A stretch of DNA of 64,000 bases from Alistipes finegoldii. Its GTDB lineage: Bacteria; Bacillota; Clostridia; Christensenellales; UBA1242. The stretch lies in NCBI GenBank assembly GCA_963614045.1, contig CAVEBU010000003.1, forward strand, positions 986 through 64,985, read 5' to 3'. The position numbers and the translations under genes were made by a program. This document shows, piece by piece, positions 47,062 to 57,414 of the stretch; the first letter of the stretch is position 1, and each line of letters starts with the position of its first letter. Below the pieces are notes generated by a model. That model was not told the DNA's origin. It did not search any database and saw nothing but the letters and a program-made list of their open reading frames with translations.

Positions 47062-49887
47062 TTATTTTTCGCTTAAAATTTTCTTTAAAAATTTACCTGT
47101 ATAACTTGCGGGCGATTCGGCGATTTCTTCTGGAGTGCCTTGAGCGACAATTTGTCCGCCGTTAACACCACCCTCGAGACCGATATCGATTATGTGGTCC
47201 GCCACTTTTATAACATCAAGATTATGCTCAATTACAATCACAGTATTCCCCGCATCCACTAGCCGATTCATAATCGTTATTAACTTATCAACGTCGTACA
47301 TATGCAGACCAGTCGTCGGTTCGTCCAGGATATAAACCGTCTTGCCTGTGCCTTTTTTGGATAATTCTGTCGCCAATTTCACACGCTGAGCCTCGCCACC
47401 ACTCAAAGTGGTTGCTGACTGCCCCAATTTAATATAACCCAGCCCCACATCAAACAAGGTTTGAATCTTGCTTTTGATATTGGGTTGATTTTCAAAAAAT
47501 GTAAGTGCTTCTTCTACCGTCATTTCCAGCACGTCGTAAATATTCTTGCCCTTGTATTTAACTTCCAAAGTTTCACGATTGTACCGTTTCCCCTTACAAT
47601 CTTCACAAGGGACAAAAATATCAGGCAAAAAGTACATTTCAATCTTCTTAATTCCGTCACCGCAACACGTTTCACACCGCCCACCAGGAACGTTGAAACT
47701 AAACCGACCTGGCAAATATCCACGTTCTTTGGCATCGGGCGTCGCCGAGTAAAGTTCCCGAATTAGATTAAATACGCCCGTATAGGTCGCAGGATTCGAG
47801 CGAGGAGTACGCCCAATCGGACTTTGGTCAATCGCAATAACTTTGTCGACATCTTGCAAGCCCTCAATTTTGTCATATCGCCCCTCAGCCATCGTGCTGT
47901 GATTAAGGCGGTTGGAAAGCGCAGGGTACAGAATATCGGTAATCAGGCTACTTTTCCCGCTACCGCTTACCCCCGTAACTACGGTCAAAACACCTAACGG
48001 AAAATCCACCGTCAAATTTTTAAGGTTGTTCTCTTTAGCGCCAACTACGGTAATTTTGCCCCCGTTTGATTTCCTTCTAGTCTTAGGAATCTCAATTTTC
48101 AGCGCCCCGCTCAAGTACTTCCCTGTGATAGAACGAGGTTCTTTTGCCAAATCTTCAATGCTACCACACGCAACCAACTCACCACCATGCACGCCAGCAC
48201 TAGGGCCAATATCCACAATAAAATCTGCCGACCGCATCGTATCTTCGTCGTGTTCGACAACCACCAAAGTGTTTCCCAAATCACGCAAGTGCTTCAACGT
48301 CGCAATCAACTTGTCGTTATCTCTTTGATGTAAGCCAATGCTCGGTTCGTCCAAAATGTAAATCACTCCAGTCAGCCCGCTACCAATTTGGGTTGCAAGA
48401 CGAATTCGCTGTGATTCGCCACCGCTAAGAGTCCCTGCGGTGCGTGAAAGCGTCAAGTAATTCAGCCCAACGTCTTGTAAAAACCGCAATCTTGCCTTAA
48501 TTTCCTTGACAATCGGCTCGGCAATCGGCGCTCTAACCTTGTCAAATTCGTTGTTTTGCAAGAATTCGCTCAGCTCGTCGATACTCATATTGCACATTTC
48601 AGTGATATTTTTGCCGAAAATTTTAACCCCCATAGCAACAGCTTTCAGCCGACTGCCATGACATACTTCGCAGGGTTGGTCACGCATAAATTTTGCAATT
48701 TCGCCCTTGACATACTCGCTTGTCGTTTCGTGATAACGCCTTTTTAGGTTGTTCACCACACCTTCAAAGGCTCCCTTACGACTTCCACTAAATTTCCTTG
48801 TCTCGAAATTGATGTCAAGTTCCTCGTTGCAATTACCAAACATTAAAATATCCTTGATTTCTTGCGGTAAATCTTGATAAGGTGTATCGAGTGAGAACTG
48901 ATATCTATTCGCCAAAGCCATAAAATAACTCATACCGAATAGACTTGTATCAATTCCCCACCCCGTAACATTAATAGCACCATCACGAATTGACTTTGTC
49001 GGGTCTTTGATAATAAGATTCGGGTCAATCTCGCTTGTAAATCCCAAACCATGACACTCGGGACACGCACCAAAAGGGCTGTTAAAACTAAACAATCTCG
49101 GCGTAATCTCCTCGAAACTGATTCCACAGTGTTGGCAAGCAAACTGATTACTGAAAACGTGATGCTCGGTCGGTGTCACCATTACGACAAGCCCGTCCGC
49201 CTGCTTTAGCGCCAATTCCACTGATTCGGTAAGTCGCTTGTCAATGTCCTCTTTCATAACAATTCTGTCAACAACGATAGAGATTGAGTGCTTTTTGTTC
49301 TTGTCAAGCTTAATTTCCTCGTCAAAAGTGAAGATATTTCCGTCTATATCCACCCTTGCAAAACCGCTCTTGCGAATTCCGTCCAAAACTTTTACATGCT
49401 CGCCTTTTTGCCCTCGCACAACTGGTGCTAAAATCATCAATTTTTCGCCCAAAACGACTTTTTCTTTTATGCGGTCAACAATCTGATCTACGCTTTGCTT
49501 GGCAATTTCCCGACTGCATTTTGGACAGTGTGGCTTGCCGACTCTCGCAAAAAGCAGACGCATATAGTCGTAAATTTCAGTAATCGTACCGACTGTAGAA
49601 CGTGGGTTATTGCTCGTGGTCTTTTGGTCGATACTAATCGCAGGACTAAGCCCCTCAATCAAATCAACATCGGGCTTTTGCATTTGCCCCAAAAATTGTC
49701 TAGCGTAACTTGAGAGCGACTCCACGTAACGCCTTTGCCCCTCGGCGTAAATTGTATCGAAAGCAAGCGTACTTTTCCCGCTTCCGCTCACCCCCGTAAA
49801 AACAATTAGCTTGTTTCTCGGTAATTCAAGATTAATATTTTTTAAATTATTCTCTCTCGCACCTTTTATAATAATCTTATCCAGCAT
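47062..49887 (-). CDS. uvrA: Excinuclease ABC subunit A
   Basis: Two ABC modules (GVSGSGKST twice, LSGGE signatures) and zinc-finger Cys clusters. Confidence 0.97.
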   Translation of the reverse strand: MLDKIIIKGARENNLKNINLELPRNKLIVFTGVSGSGKSTLAFDTIYAEGQRRYVESLSSYARQFLGQMQKPDVDLIEGLSPAISIDQKTTSNNPRSTVGTITEIYDYMRLLFARVGKPHCPKCSREIAKQSVDQIVDRIKEKVVLGEKLMILAPVVRGQKGEHVKVLDGIRKSGFARVDIDGNIFTFDEEIKLDKNKKHSISIVVDRIVMKEDIDKRLTESVELALKQADGLVVMVTPTEHHVFSNQFACQHCGISFEEITPRLFSFNSPFGACPECHGLGFTSEIDPNLIIKDPTKSIRDGAINVTGWGIDTSLFGMSYFMALANRYQFSLDTPYQDLPQEIKDILMFGNCNEELDINFETRKFSGSRKGAFEGVVNNLKRRYHETTSEYVKGEIAKFMRDQPCEVCHGSRLKAVAMGVKIFGKNITEMCNMSIDELSEFLQNNEFDKVRAPIAEPIVKEIKARLRFLQDVGLNYLTLSRTAGTLSGGESQRIRLATQIGSGLTGVIYILDEPSIGLHQRDNDKLIATLKHLRDLGNTLVVVEHDEDTMRSADFIVDIGPSAGVHGGELVACGSIEDLAKEPRSITGKYLSGALKIEIPKTRRKSNGGKITVVGAKENNLKNLTVDFPLGVLTVVTGVSGSGKSSLITDILYPALSNRLNHSTMAEGRYDKIEGLQDVDKVIAIDQSPIGRTPRSNPATYTGVFNLIRELYSATPDAKERGYLPGRFSFNVPGGRCETCCGDGIKKIEMYFLPDIFVPCEDCKGKRYNRETLEVKYKGKNIYDVLEMTVEEALTFFENQPNIKSKIQTLFDVGLGYIKLGQSATTLSGGEAQRVKLATELSKKGTGKTVYILDEPTTGLHMYDVDKLITIMNRLVDAGNTVIVIEHNLDVIKVADHIIDIGLEGGVNGGQIVAQGTPEEIAESPASYTGKFLKKILSEK

Positions 49888-51864
49888 TTATTTTTCCTCT
49901 CTCAATAATTTTCTCAAAATGTTGAGCTGTTCCCTCAACTCAATCGCCTTTTCAAACTCGAGATTGCGACTCGCAGTCTGCATAAGCCCTTTAACTCGGT
50001 CAATTTCCGCACGCAAATCTTGATAAGACAGATCTTCTTGCTTATTTTCTACCTTTTTGGTAATCTCAAGAGTGTTGCTGATGTCCTTTATGATTGTTTT
50101 CGGCATAATATTATGCTCTAGGTTATACGCTTGCTGAATTTTGCGTCGCTTTTCAGTAGTTTCAATGGCCCGCTTCATACTGTCGGTATAGTTATCAGCG
50201 TACATTATGACCCTTGCTTCCGAATTCCTTGCCGCCCGCCCAATAATTTGAATAAGCGACGACTCGCTACGCAAAAAACCTTCCTTGTCGGCATCGAGAA
50301 TCGCCACAAGTTTCACCTCAGGCAAATCAAGTCCCTCACGCAACAAGTTTATACCAACTATGCAATCAAACTCGCCCGCTCGCAGTCCGTTGATAATCTC
50401 AACCCGTTCCAGCGTATCAATATCACTATGCAAGTACTTGACCTTAATACCATGCTCCACAAAAAACGAAGTCAAATCTTCCGCCATCTTCTTGGTCAAA
50501 GTAGTGACCAAAACTCGCCCTTTGGACTCAACAGTCGAAAAAATCTCGCCCATAAGGTCATCGATCTGTCCTTTGGTCTTGCGAACCTCGATTTCGGGGT
50601 CAAGAAGCCCTGTAGGTCTAATAATTTGCTCCACCACTTGCCCAGCATTACTTAATTCATATTGCGAAGGAGTTGCCGAAACGCAAATCATCTGCCCAAT
50701 ACGTGCATCGAATTCGTCGTATTTTAGAGGGCGATTGTCATAAGCCGAAGGCAACCGAAAGCCATAATCTACGAGGTTGTTTTTCCTCGCAAGATCCCCG
50801 TTGTACATCCCACGCACTTGCGGTAAAGTAATGTGCGACTCGTCCACAAAGGTGATAAAATTAGACGGAAAATAATCAAGCAACACATATGGCGCTTCGC
50901 CCGGCAATCTGCCGTCAAAATATCGTGAATAATTCTCAATCCCTGCGCAGTAGCCCATTTCCCTAATCATTTCCACATCGTGCGCAACTCTCTCTCTTAT
51001 CCTTTGCGCCTCAATTAACTTGCCTTGCTCAGTAAATTCCCGCTCCCGAATAATTGCGTCCTCTTGAATTTGCTTCAGCGCTTGCTCCAAATTTTCATCA
51101 GACACACCAAAATGCGTCGCAGGAAAAAGCAAGAAGTGTTCTAGTTCGCTAATTTTTTTGCCAGAAATCGAGTCAAATTCATATATTTTCTCAATAGTGT
51201 CGCCAAAAAACTCAATTCTTACGGCGACTTCACTACTATAAGCAGGGAAAACATCCAGCGTATCACCTTTCAAGCGAAAACTAGAACGGCAAAAATCTAT
51301 GTCCTTGCGTTCGTATCGCATTGAAATTAGTTTCTGCACCACTTTCCGCATATCAATTTCCTGATTAGGACGCAAACTCAACCCCTGATTGTAGTATGTT
51401 TCAGGGTTACCCAAACCATAAATGCACGAAACGGACGCAACAACAATCACATCACTTCGCTCCAAAAGTGAACAAGTCGCACTATGCCGAAGCTTGTCAA
51501 TTTCGTCATTAATCGCCAAATCTTTCTCAATGTAAGTATCACTACTCGGGATATACGCCTCAGGCTGATAATAGTCGTAGTAACTTACAAAAAATTCCAC
51601 ACGATTTTTGGGGAAAAACTCCCGAAACTCGTTACATAATTGCGCCGCCAAAGTTTTGTTGTGTGCCAAAACTAACGCAGGGCGATTAAGCTTGGCGATT
51701 ACATTTGCCATTGTGAAAGTCTTTCCGCTACCAGTAACGCCCAACAAAACTTGCTCACGCAAGCCGTCTTGCACGCCCTCAACTAATTTTTCAATCGCTT
51801 GTGGCTGGTCGCCCGTTGGCTGATATTTCGATACTAATTCAAAATCTTTGTAAATCATATTCAT
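49888..51864 (-). CDS. uvrB: Excinuclease ABC subunit B
   Basis: GVTGSGKTF, helicase motifs and a C-terminal UVR domain ([14 protein letters not shown]). Confidence 0.97.
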   Translation of the reverse strand: MNMIYKDFELVSKYQPTGDQPQAIEKLVEGVQDGLREQVLLGVTGSGKTFTMANVIAKLNRPALVLAHNKTLAAQLCNEFREFFPKNRVEFFVSYYDYYQPEAYIPSSDTYIEKDLAINDEIDKLRHSATCSLLERSDVIVVASVSCIYGLGNPETYYNQGLSLRPNQEIDMRKVVQKLISMRYERKDIDFCRSSFRLKGDTLDVFPAYSSEVAVRIEFFGDTIEKIYEFDSISGKKISELEHFLLFPATHFGVSDENLEQALKQIQEDAIIREREFTEQGKLIEAQRIRERVAHDVEMIREMGYCAGIENYSRYFDGRLPGEAPYVLLDYFPSNFITFVDESHITLPQVRGMYNGDLARKNNLVDYGFRLPSAYDNRPLKYDEFDARIGQMICVSATPSQYELSNAGQVVEQIIRPTGLLDPEIEVRKTKGQIDDLMGEIFSTVESKGRVLVTTLTKKMAEDLTSFFVEHGIKVKYLHSDIDTLERVEIINGLRAGEFDCIVGINLLREGLDLPEVKLVAILDADKEGFLRSESSLIQIIGRAARNSEARVIMYADNYTDSMKRAIETTEKRRKIQQAYNLEHNIMPKTIIKDISNTLEITKKVENKQEDLSYQDLRAEIDRVKGLMQTASRNLEFEKAIELREQLNILRKLLREEK

Positions 51865-51893
51865 TCCTATTTATTATTGCTTTTTACCAAATA

Positions 51894-51922
51894 ATTATAG
51901 CACTAACCAATAAAATTTGCAA
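51894..51922 (-). promoter_or_regulatory. Sigma-A-like promoter TTGCAA-17-TATAAT for uvrBA
   Basis: -35 at 51922-51917 and -10 at 51899-51894. No GAAC-N4-GTTC LexA-type box was seen nearby. Confidence 0.55.
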
Positions 51923-51952
51923 TAGAGATTTGACATTTACAATAATATACAT

Positions 51953-51982
51953 AAAAAAAGAACCCAGAATTATCCAGGTTCT
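51953..51982 (-). terminator. Intrinsic terminator after the 1111-aa surface protein gene
   Basis: Minus strand AGAACCTGG-ATAATT-CTGGGTTCT followed by T7. Confidence 0.5.
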
Positions 51983-52007
51983 TTTACCCAATATTCACAA
52001 AATGAAA

Positions 52008-55000
52008 TTATTTAGTCTTCTTGGTGTTTGTGTTTGCTTTTGTTTTTGCTCTGTTTGGTTTAACGAAGAAGTAAATTACAACTCCAACTACAATCAACGA
52101 AACAATAATCATAATTGTTCCCCAAACAGTAGAACTACTTGCTCTATTTACACTGTCAGATTTTACAGTAATGTTCTTTGTTACAGTTGTAGCCTCATTT
52201 CCAGCTTTGTCAGTAACATCGAAAGTGATTACATATGTGCCAGCCTCACTAGCGGTGAACACAATGCTCTTCTTCTTGTCAGGGTCGTTATAATTCCAGT
52301 CGATCTCGGTACCGTTCAATTTAACAACTACTTTCAGGTCTTCAGTTTTGCTCAAGCCTTCGTCGTTCTTAAAGCTAATACCATCCAAACTAATTATACA
52401 CTCACCGCCAACTTTTGTAGGTGCTGTAATTGCATCATTTGCAACCACAATCTCTGGAGCAAGCACGTCACCAATATAGATGTAGAAATCACGTGTTGTC
52501 GTGTTGCCAGCTTTGTCGGAAGCGGTATATGAAACCTTAATCTTACCTTGCTGTGTTGCAATAAATGTCAATTCAGCAGCCTCATCAAAATCAGCCAAAG
52601 TAAATGTCTTAAATACAGTACTGCTACCAGTATAAGTCAACTCAACCTTAAGTGAATCATAATCTACACCCTTACCAGCTTCGCTGATCTCATAGAACCA
52701 AGGCACGCTGTGTGTGTTTTCCTCATCAGAATCGCCCCACTTATAACTAGCAATTAAGTTAGAACCATCACTCTCGCCCACGATTGTAAATTCAGGTGCT
52801 GTGGTGTCAGTAGATGTAAAGCTTACAAGAGATGAACAGTTGTTGTCAAAGTCACAAATTCCAGCTTCCCCTGCGTTATCCTTAGCCCAAGCCTTAACAG
52901 AAATATCACCATCCAAGCACTTAATTACACCGTTAGGTCCAGTTTGGACAATTTCATATTCACCTGTTACTTGGATTAACATCGAGTTTGAATACATGTC
53001 TTTTACCATTTCTTTGGTAACTTCTCCATTAACAATTGAAATGTTACCGTTGTCAATGTCAACAGTCTCACCATTTTTTGTAACAGAAATCATACTAGGC
53101 AAATCAAGTATATTGCCGTACTCTTGAGTGCTAATTGGGTTAATCGATACTGAGTAGCCCAAGTAGAAGTTTACCTCACAACTCGTTGAGAATGTAGTCG
53201 TGTTTAAGTTTTGGTCAGTTGCAACATATACAAATGTGTACGTGCCTTCTTGTGTTGGCTCGTATTCAAACTGCTCCATTACAGCTTCTTTGCTAGCTGA
53301 ATAAGAGCTACCGCTCTTCGTGTCAACGACTCTACCCTTTTCGTTTAATACATACAAAACCAAAGATACGTTTGTCGCATTCTCAGATTGATCTTGTACG
53401 GTAACTTTAGGCAAATTAACTTTTCTGGTTGTTGGATCATAATCAGCCTCACCTGCCTCTTGTATAACTGGTGCTAATTTATCCTTAGAGAAGTCTAGCA
53501 ACTGAATCGTCTTTGTTACTGTTTCACTTGCACCTAAATCATTAGTTACCTTAAAAGTAATCGTCATAGATGTAGCATTATTCCACTTCGTCTCATCAAT
53601 GCTACCCTGCGCAACCTTAATTGAGTAAGTACCATCGCTATTCTTTGTTATTGTGATAGGCTCATCACTTTCTTCAAAGGTGTTAAGCGTGTAGGTTACA
53701 TCAACTTTCAATCTTTTATCCTCGTCGTCGCTAACACTTGGAGCATTAAAAGTAACTGTCTTGTCAGCGTTCTTCAATACAGCTGAAGTAGGTATGCTTG
53801 GCGCAGTGATTTTCAAATTGGTTGTTGATGGCTCTGCATCTTTCTTAATCTCAAAACTATAACTGCCCAAATATTTTGTAGTATTCGCAATTTCATTACC
53901 ATCATTATCTACATAGCAAGCTGTATAACGAATTTCATAAGTGCCTACATCGTTAGCGTCAAAGTAGTAACTACCAGTCTTATATGCGTCACACTTATCA
54001 GTCGTTGCGGAATCAATCTTGTGCGATTCCTCTAGCGCTCCAATTCTAGTACTGCTACCTTTGTAAATAACACGAGTAAGCTTGAGGTTCTTGTACTCAC
54101 CCCAGCCACCCTTAGCAATAATTGCAGGGAAAGTAGCCTTCACACCTTCGCCGTCAGTAATGTAGTAAACACTCTTAACATCGTAGTCGTGAGACACCCA
54201 TTCGCCATCACTCAAATCAAGTTTAGAGTAGTCAAAACTCTCATCTTCAGGGTTATAATCTTGAACTGCTTTAACTTCCAAAGAGTTGGCAGACAATTTT
54301 ATGTCCGAACGCTCTGTACTTGCCTTGTCATAAGTATTACCGAAAAAGTCCTTTGTTACATAACTAATACGATAATTACCTACAGCCCATGGAGTAAACT
54401 TGTAATCGGTAACATCTATAGTCTTATCATCAGGTCCCTTAATAGTAATAACGGTGTAAGTCTTGCTAGAAACATCAACATTGTTAGCTTTAGTATTTAC
54501 AACAACAGGAGTAGGCAAGGTTGCCTCAACACCAACTTCCAAACTCAAGTTGTTCAAAAGACTGGTGACATTATTAGAATATCCCAATTCAACATCCTGC
54601 TTTTCTTCAAGCACTCTAAAGGTCTCTGCTACAGAAACATTTTTACCACCAGCAGAATATGTGTAAGTAACCTTAAAGTCACCGGCATCACCGTCTGCTA
54701 TAGTGTATTCCATATACTTTGTAAGGTCGGTTTGAGTAAATGATTCCTTAACAGTGCCATCAGAATCAGTCAACTTAACAGTAACTAACTTTGTAGCCTC
54801 TTCATTTACTTCGCCGTCAATCTTAACATTTGCGTGAGGGAACACGATTTTGTTACCCACATAAGCAATAGTCGGAATAATCTGAGCGACATTTGACTCC
54901 AATTCCAAAGTAGCGCCGTTTGAAACAATCTCAACCACGATATTCCTTGTAGAAGTCGTGTAGTTACCGTTCTTCGCTGTATAAGTAATGTTATACTTAC

Positions 55001-55343
55001 CTGCATTATCTGTAACTAAGTAATAGTAAGTGCCGTCAGTCTCAACTGTCGCTTTTCTACCAGCAGAGGTCGTAGCAGTAGGCGCAACGGTTTCACTACT
55101 ATCCGTAACAGCCTTAGGCAATTTATAACCGTATGTTTTGTTCTTACCTGTTGGAGTAAACTCGGTCTTATCCCCTAGGTTGTAAGTTGGTGTATATTCT
55201 GTCAACGTAATCACAGGTGCATTAAGTGAAAAGCCCTCCGCACCAAGTGCTGTCCCACCCACCATCATGGGACTTAAGAACCCCAATGAGCCGATCAACA
55301 TAATTGCCAAACTCATAAAGGTTAATCTACCAAATAATTTCAT
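52008..55343 (-). CDS. Large type-I membrane-anchored surface protein with multiple Ig/HYR-like beta-sandwich repeats (adhesin-like)
   Basis: Signal peptide, then about 1000 aa of T/V/Y/D-rich beta-strand repeats with recurring ...YTA.DKAGN...T... motifs (SDKAGNTTTRDFYIYIGD, TDKAGNEATTVTKNITV). C-terminal TM helix WGTIMIIVSLIVVGVVIYFFV and a Lys-rich tail. Confidence 0.6.
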   Translation of the reverse strand: MKLFGRLTFMSLAIMLIGSLGFLSPMMVGGTALGAEGFSLNAPVITLTEYTPTYNLGDKTEFTPTGKNKTYGYKLPKAVTDSSETVAPTATTSAGRKATVETDGTYYYLVTDNAGKYNITYTAKNGNYTTSTRNIVVEIVSNGATLELESNVAQIIPTIAYVGNKIVFPHANVKIDGEVNEEATKLVTVKLTDSDGTVKESFTQTDLTKYMEYTIADGDAGDFKVTYTYSAGGKNVSVAETFRVLEEKQDVELGYSNNVTSLLNNLSLEVGVEATLPTPVVVNTKANNVDVSSKTYTVITIKGPDDKTIDVTDYKFTPWAVGNYRISYVTKDFFGNTYDKASTERSDIKLSANSLEVKAVQDYNPEDESFDYSKLDLSDGEWVSHDYDVKSVYYITDGEGVKATFPAIIAKGGWGEYKNLKLTRVIYKGSSTRIGALEESHKIDSATTDKCDAYKTGSYYFDANDVGTYEIRYTACYVDNDGNEIANTTKYLGSYSFEIKKDAEPSTTNLKITAPSIPTSAVLKNADKTVTFNAPSVSDDEDKRLKVDVTYTLNTFEESDEPITITKNSDGTYSIKVAQGSIDETKWNNATSMTITFKVTNDLGASETVTKTIQLLDFSKDKLAPVIQEAGEADYDPTTRKVNLPKVTVQDQSENATNVSLVLYVLNEKGRVVDTKSGSSYSASKEAVMEQFEYEPTQEGTYTFVYVATDQNLNTTTFSTSCEVNFYLGYSVSINPISTQEYGNILDLPSMISVTKNGETVDIDNGNISIVNGEVTKEMVKDMYSNSMLIQVTGEYEIVQTGPNGVIKCLDGDISVKAWAKDNAGEAGICDFDNNCSSLVSFTSTDTTAPEFTIVGESDGSNLIASYKWGDSDEENTHSVPWFYEISEAGKGVDYDSLKVELTYTGSSTVFKTFTLADFDEAAELTFIATQQGKIKVSYTASDKAGNTTTRDFYIYIGDVLAPEIVVANDAITAPTKVGGECIISLDGISFKNDEGLSKTEDLKVVVKLNGTEIDWNYNDPDKKKSIVFTASEAGTYVITFDVTDKAGNEATTVTKNITVKSDSVNRASSSTVWGTIMIIVSLIVVGVVIYFFVKPNRAKTKANTNTKKTK

Positions 55344-55375
55344 TTATAGGTCTCCTTTCAATTAGTAACATTACG

Positions 55376-55404
55376 ATTTTATAACATTTGCAGTCTTTTG
55401 TCAA
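55376..55404 (-). promoter_or_regulatory. Sigma-A-like promoter TTGACA-17-TAAAAT for the 1111-aa gene
   Basis: -35 at 55404-55399 and -10 at 55381-55376. Confidence 0.5.
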
Positions 55405-55514
55405 CAAAATCAAGCAATATTCTTTACGAAAATTTCAAAAAAGTCAACAAAATGCTACAAGAGTAGTTTAATTCATCTATTTTCTTCTATACTAACTAAA
55501 AAGATACTATTTTG

Positions 55515-55548
55515 TCGAAAAAGAAAATCCCCTCACATTAAGGGGACT
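55515..55548 (-). terminator. Intrinsic terminator after the Cys-rich small ORF
   Basis: Minus strand TCCCC-TTAATGTGA-GGGGA followed by TTTTCTTTTT. Confidence 0.45.
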
Positions 55549-55560
55549 TTTTAAGGGAAT

Positions 55561-55770
55561 TTAGCAGTCGTAAGAGCAACCGCATTTGTTTTTCTTGAAA
55601 CAACAGCAGAAGAAAATTAACAAGATTAAAATCGTGCAAAGGTCAAGCCCGCAATCAAATATGCCACAATTCATAAGGACATACAAGATTACTAACCATG
55701 TCAAAACGTCGCAACTTGAATTTTTACCGCAACCGCATTTATCCATTCCGCCGAAAAGTTTGCTAAACAT
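55561..55770 (-). CDS. 69-aa cysteine-rich small membrane protein (12 Cys)
   Basis: MFSKLFGGMDKCGCG...FFCCCFKKNKCGCSYDC. Strong RBS TAGGAGGT 8 nt before the ATG, its own terminator and two hydrophobic segments. Confidence 0.55.
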   Translation of the reverse strand: MFSKLFGGMDKCGCGKNSSCDVLTWLVILYVLMNCGIFDCGLDLCTILILLIFFCCCFKKNKCGCSYDC

Positions 55771-55903
55771 CTTTTGAACCTCCTAAGGTTTTCTGTAGTT
55801 TATAATTTTTTGATACAGTATATGTATATTCTTTTGTAAAGCCATCATTTGTGCTTTTGATTTATCTCTACACTGCCATTTTATTATAAAGCTTCCAAAA
55901 ATG

Positions 55904-56605
55904 TTACATATCCGCAACAATTTCGCCAGATTTTGTGTCAATTACCACCGCAACCCGCTCATTTTGGGGATTTATAAAGGCGACGTACCAAAAATAAATA
56001 CCCAAATTTAGATCTGTTGAAATAATTTTGCACTGCCCCTCCACCCCGCTAGCGAATTTTTGCACCGCTTCTTCGTTAGCCAAGAAATGCGCAACGGCAA
56101 TATCCAGTGCTTGCGTAGAAGTTATCACAAATTGCGACGAAATGCAGGTAAGCTTTGCAATTTCGGTTTCGCCATTTAAGATTAAATAAACAAAAATTTC
56201 GTCTGTGTCATTTAAGGCAATTTTTAAATCGCTCGCAAAACTTCGATCGAAAGGGCTTCGCTCAAATACGCCCGAATACGTCTGCCCGTTGACTTCCGCC
56301 GTATATTCTACCGCCTGCACATCAGCGAGAGAATTCGGCACAATACTCAAAACGCAAAACTGCACCAAATCACCTTTCACACCATCTTGCGAATAAGGTT
56401 CTTCACGCAACCCGCTCCACATCGCAATGTTATAGTTTTCCGTATTTCCGCTGAAATAATTTAAATGTAACTCGGAAATTGAATTTTTGGCGATTTCGGT
56501 AAGCTTTTTATCACCGCACCCCACCAACAACACCACCGACGCCACCAATAACGCCACAAGCACCCCCAATATAGCAATTCTGTGTGCTATGCCGATTTTC
56601 CCCAT
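55904..56605 (-). CDS. Putative lipoprotein (PepSY-like C-terminal end)
   Basis: Signal peptide with lipobox LLVGC at residues about 26-30; no recognisable catalytic motif. Confidence 0.55.
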   Translation of the reverse strand: MGKIGIAHRIAILGVLVALLVASVVLLVGCGDKKLTEIAKNSISELHLNYFSGNTENYNIAMWSGLREEPYSQDGVKGDLVQFCVLSIVPNSLADVQAVEYTAEVNGQTYSGVFERSPFDRSFASDLKIALNDTDEIFVYLILNGETEIAKLTCISSQFVITSTQALDIAVAHFLANEEAVQKFASGVEGQCKIISTDLNLGIYFWYVAFINPQNERVAVVIDTKSGEIVADM

Positions 56606-56852
56606 TTCCGCCCTCCCGCATTATAATATTAATGATATGCGCCACCCCGCCCACTTATGACCGAAAACCCACGCAATCGTACATACCCCCCCCATTAAGA
56701 ACACTAAATCGCATTTTAACCTACACGATAAATCCTATCAAAACAGTGTCCAGAAGGCTTGAGTGATTTCCTCGACGCTTTGATTGTCTGTGGAAGAAGC
56801 CGTGAAGCAAAAGCGAACCTGAATTGAAAACAATCAAAAACTCCCTCATCTT

Positions 56853-57190
56853 CGTCATCCTGAACCCGCCATCGCAGTGTATCTTTTGAAGGATCTGTGA
56901 GGGCATCGCCCGAACCCAGATTGAAAACAAAAAGGCAATGTACTTGCCTTTTTGTTATGTAAAACAGATTTTAGCATTTTACTATTTTGATTAGGGGTTC
57001 AGCGGTAAACCGCTTCACAGATCCTTCGAATATAGGCTTGCGCAGGTCGACGCTCAGGATGACGGCTAGAGAGCAAATTAGCCCTCTAGCCGTAAGACGA
57101 GGAGCATGCCAAAAATTGTTTTTCGGCTCAAAAACAAGCATGACACGAAACAAGACAATTTTGGGGATAGGAGCATAGTATGACCTATGT
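56853..57190. repeat. Composite palindromic intergenic repeat, copy A (left arm degenerate)
   Basis: About 215 bp (56888-57100) aligns by eye, with few mismatches, to 63637-63850. Layout: arm, terminator-like hairpin (56926-56953), TTAGCATTTTACTATTT, inverted arm (56994-57064), GGCTAGAG...CTCTAGCC hairpin, tail. Confidence 0.7.
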
Positions 57191-57323
57191 GACTATTTTA
57201 AAAACAGTCGAAGCGACACAGTATTGCGCCGTTTTTCAGTCGAAAAACGGAGGCACGTATAACGACATACGTAACTGTATAGAATTTTTTGAAACGACGC
57301 CGAGTTGCGTAGCTTAAACACCG

Positions 57324-57360
57324 AAAAAAAAGTGGCTCTAACCCCAAAGGTTACAACCAC
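57324..57360 (-). terminator. Intrinsic terminator after the 235-aa membrane protein gene
   Basis: 12-bp stem (GTGGTTGTAACC / GGTTAGAGCCAC, 1 wobble and 1 mismatch) followed by T8 on the minus strand. Confidence 0.55.
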
Positions 57361-57414
57361 TCTCATATCAATATCAATTTGAAATTCGTTTTTCATTTAG
57401 CTTAAGTCTTGTTG

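Noticed and set aside
51865-52007. LexA (Cheo-type GAAC-N4-GTTC) box upstream of uvrB
   Set aside because: The only GAACC...GGTTC pair is the stem of the terminator of the upstream gene (14-nt spacing). No SOS box was found by eye.
51801-52532. 243-aa plus-strand ORF spanning the uvrB start, the intergenic gap and the 3' end of the 1111-aa gene
   Set aside because: It crosses a promoter and a terminator, is C/N/F-rich low complexity, and lacks an RBS. It is antisense to well-supported genes.
54189-54743. 184-aa plus-strand ORF inside the 1111-aa gene, with similar antisense ORFs in uvrB (50131-50743), uvrA (47912-48328) and rpsB (21217-21702)
   Set aside because: These are antisense to genes with clear homology or motifs and have no start context. 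Such ORFs are typical in AT-rich genomes with few stop codons on the complementary frame.
56721-57396. Four 60-69-aa ORFs in the long gap (56721-56930, 56971-57153, 56987-57178, 57193-57396), with a similar one at 63748-63978
   Set aside because: They read through the palindromic repeat arms and terminator hairpins (the LRMT/FEGS-type pseudo-peptides), overlap each other on both strands and have no RBS. They are translation artefacts of the repeat element.
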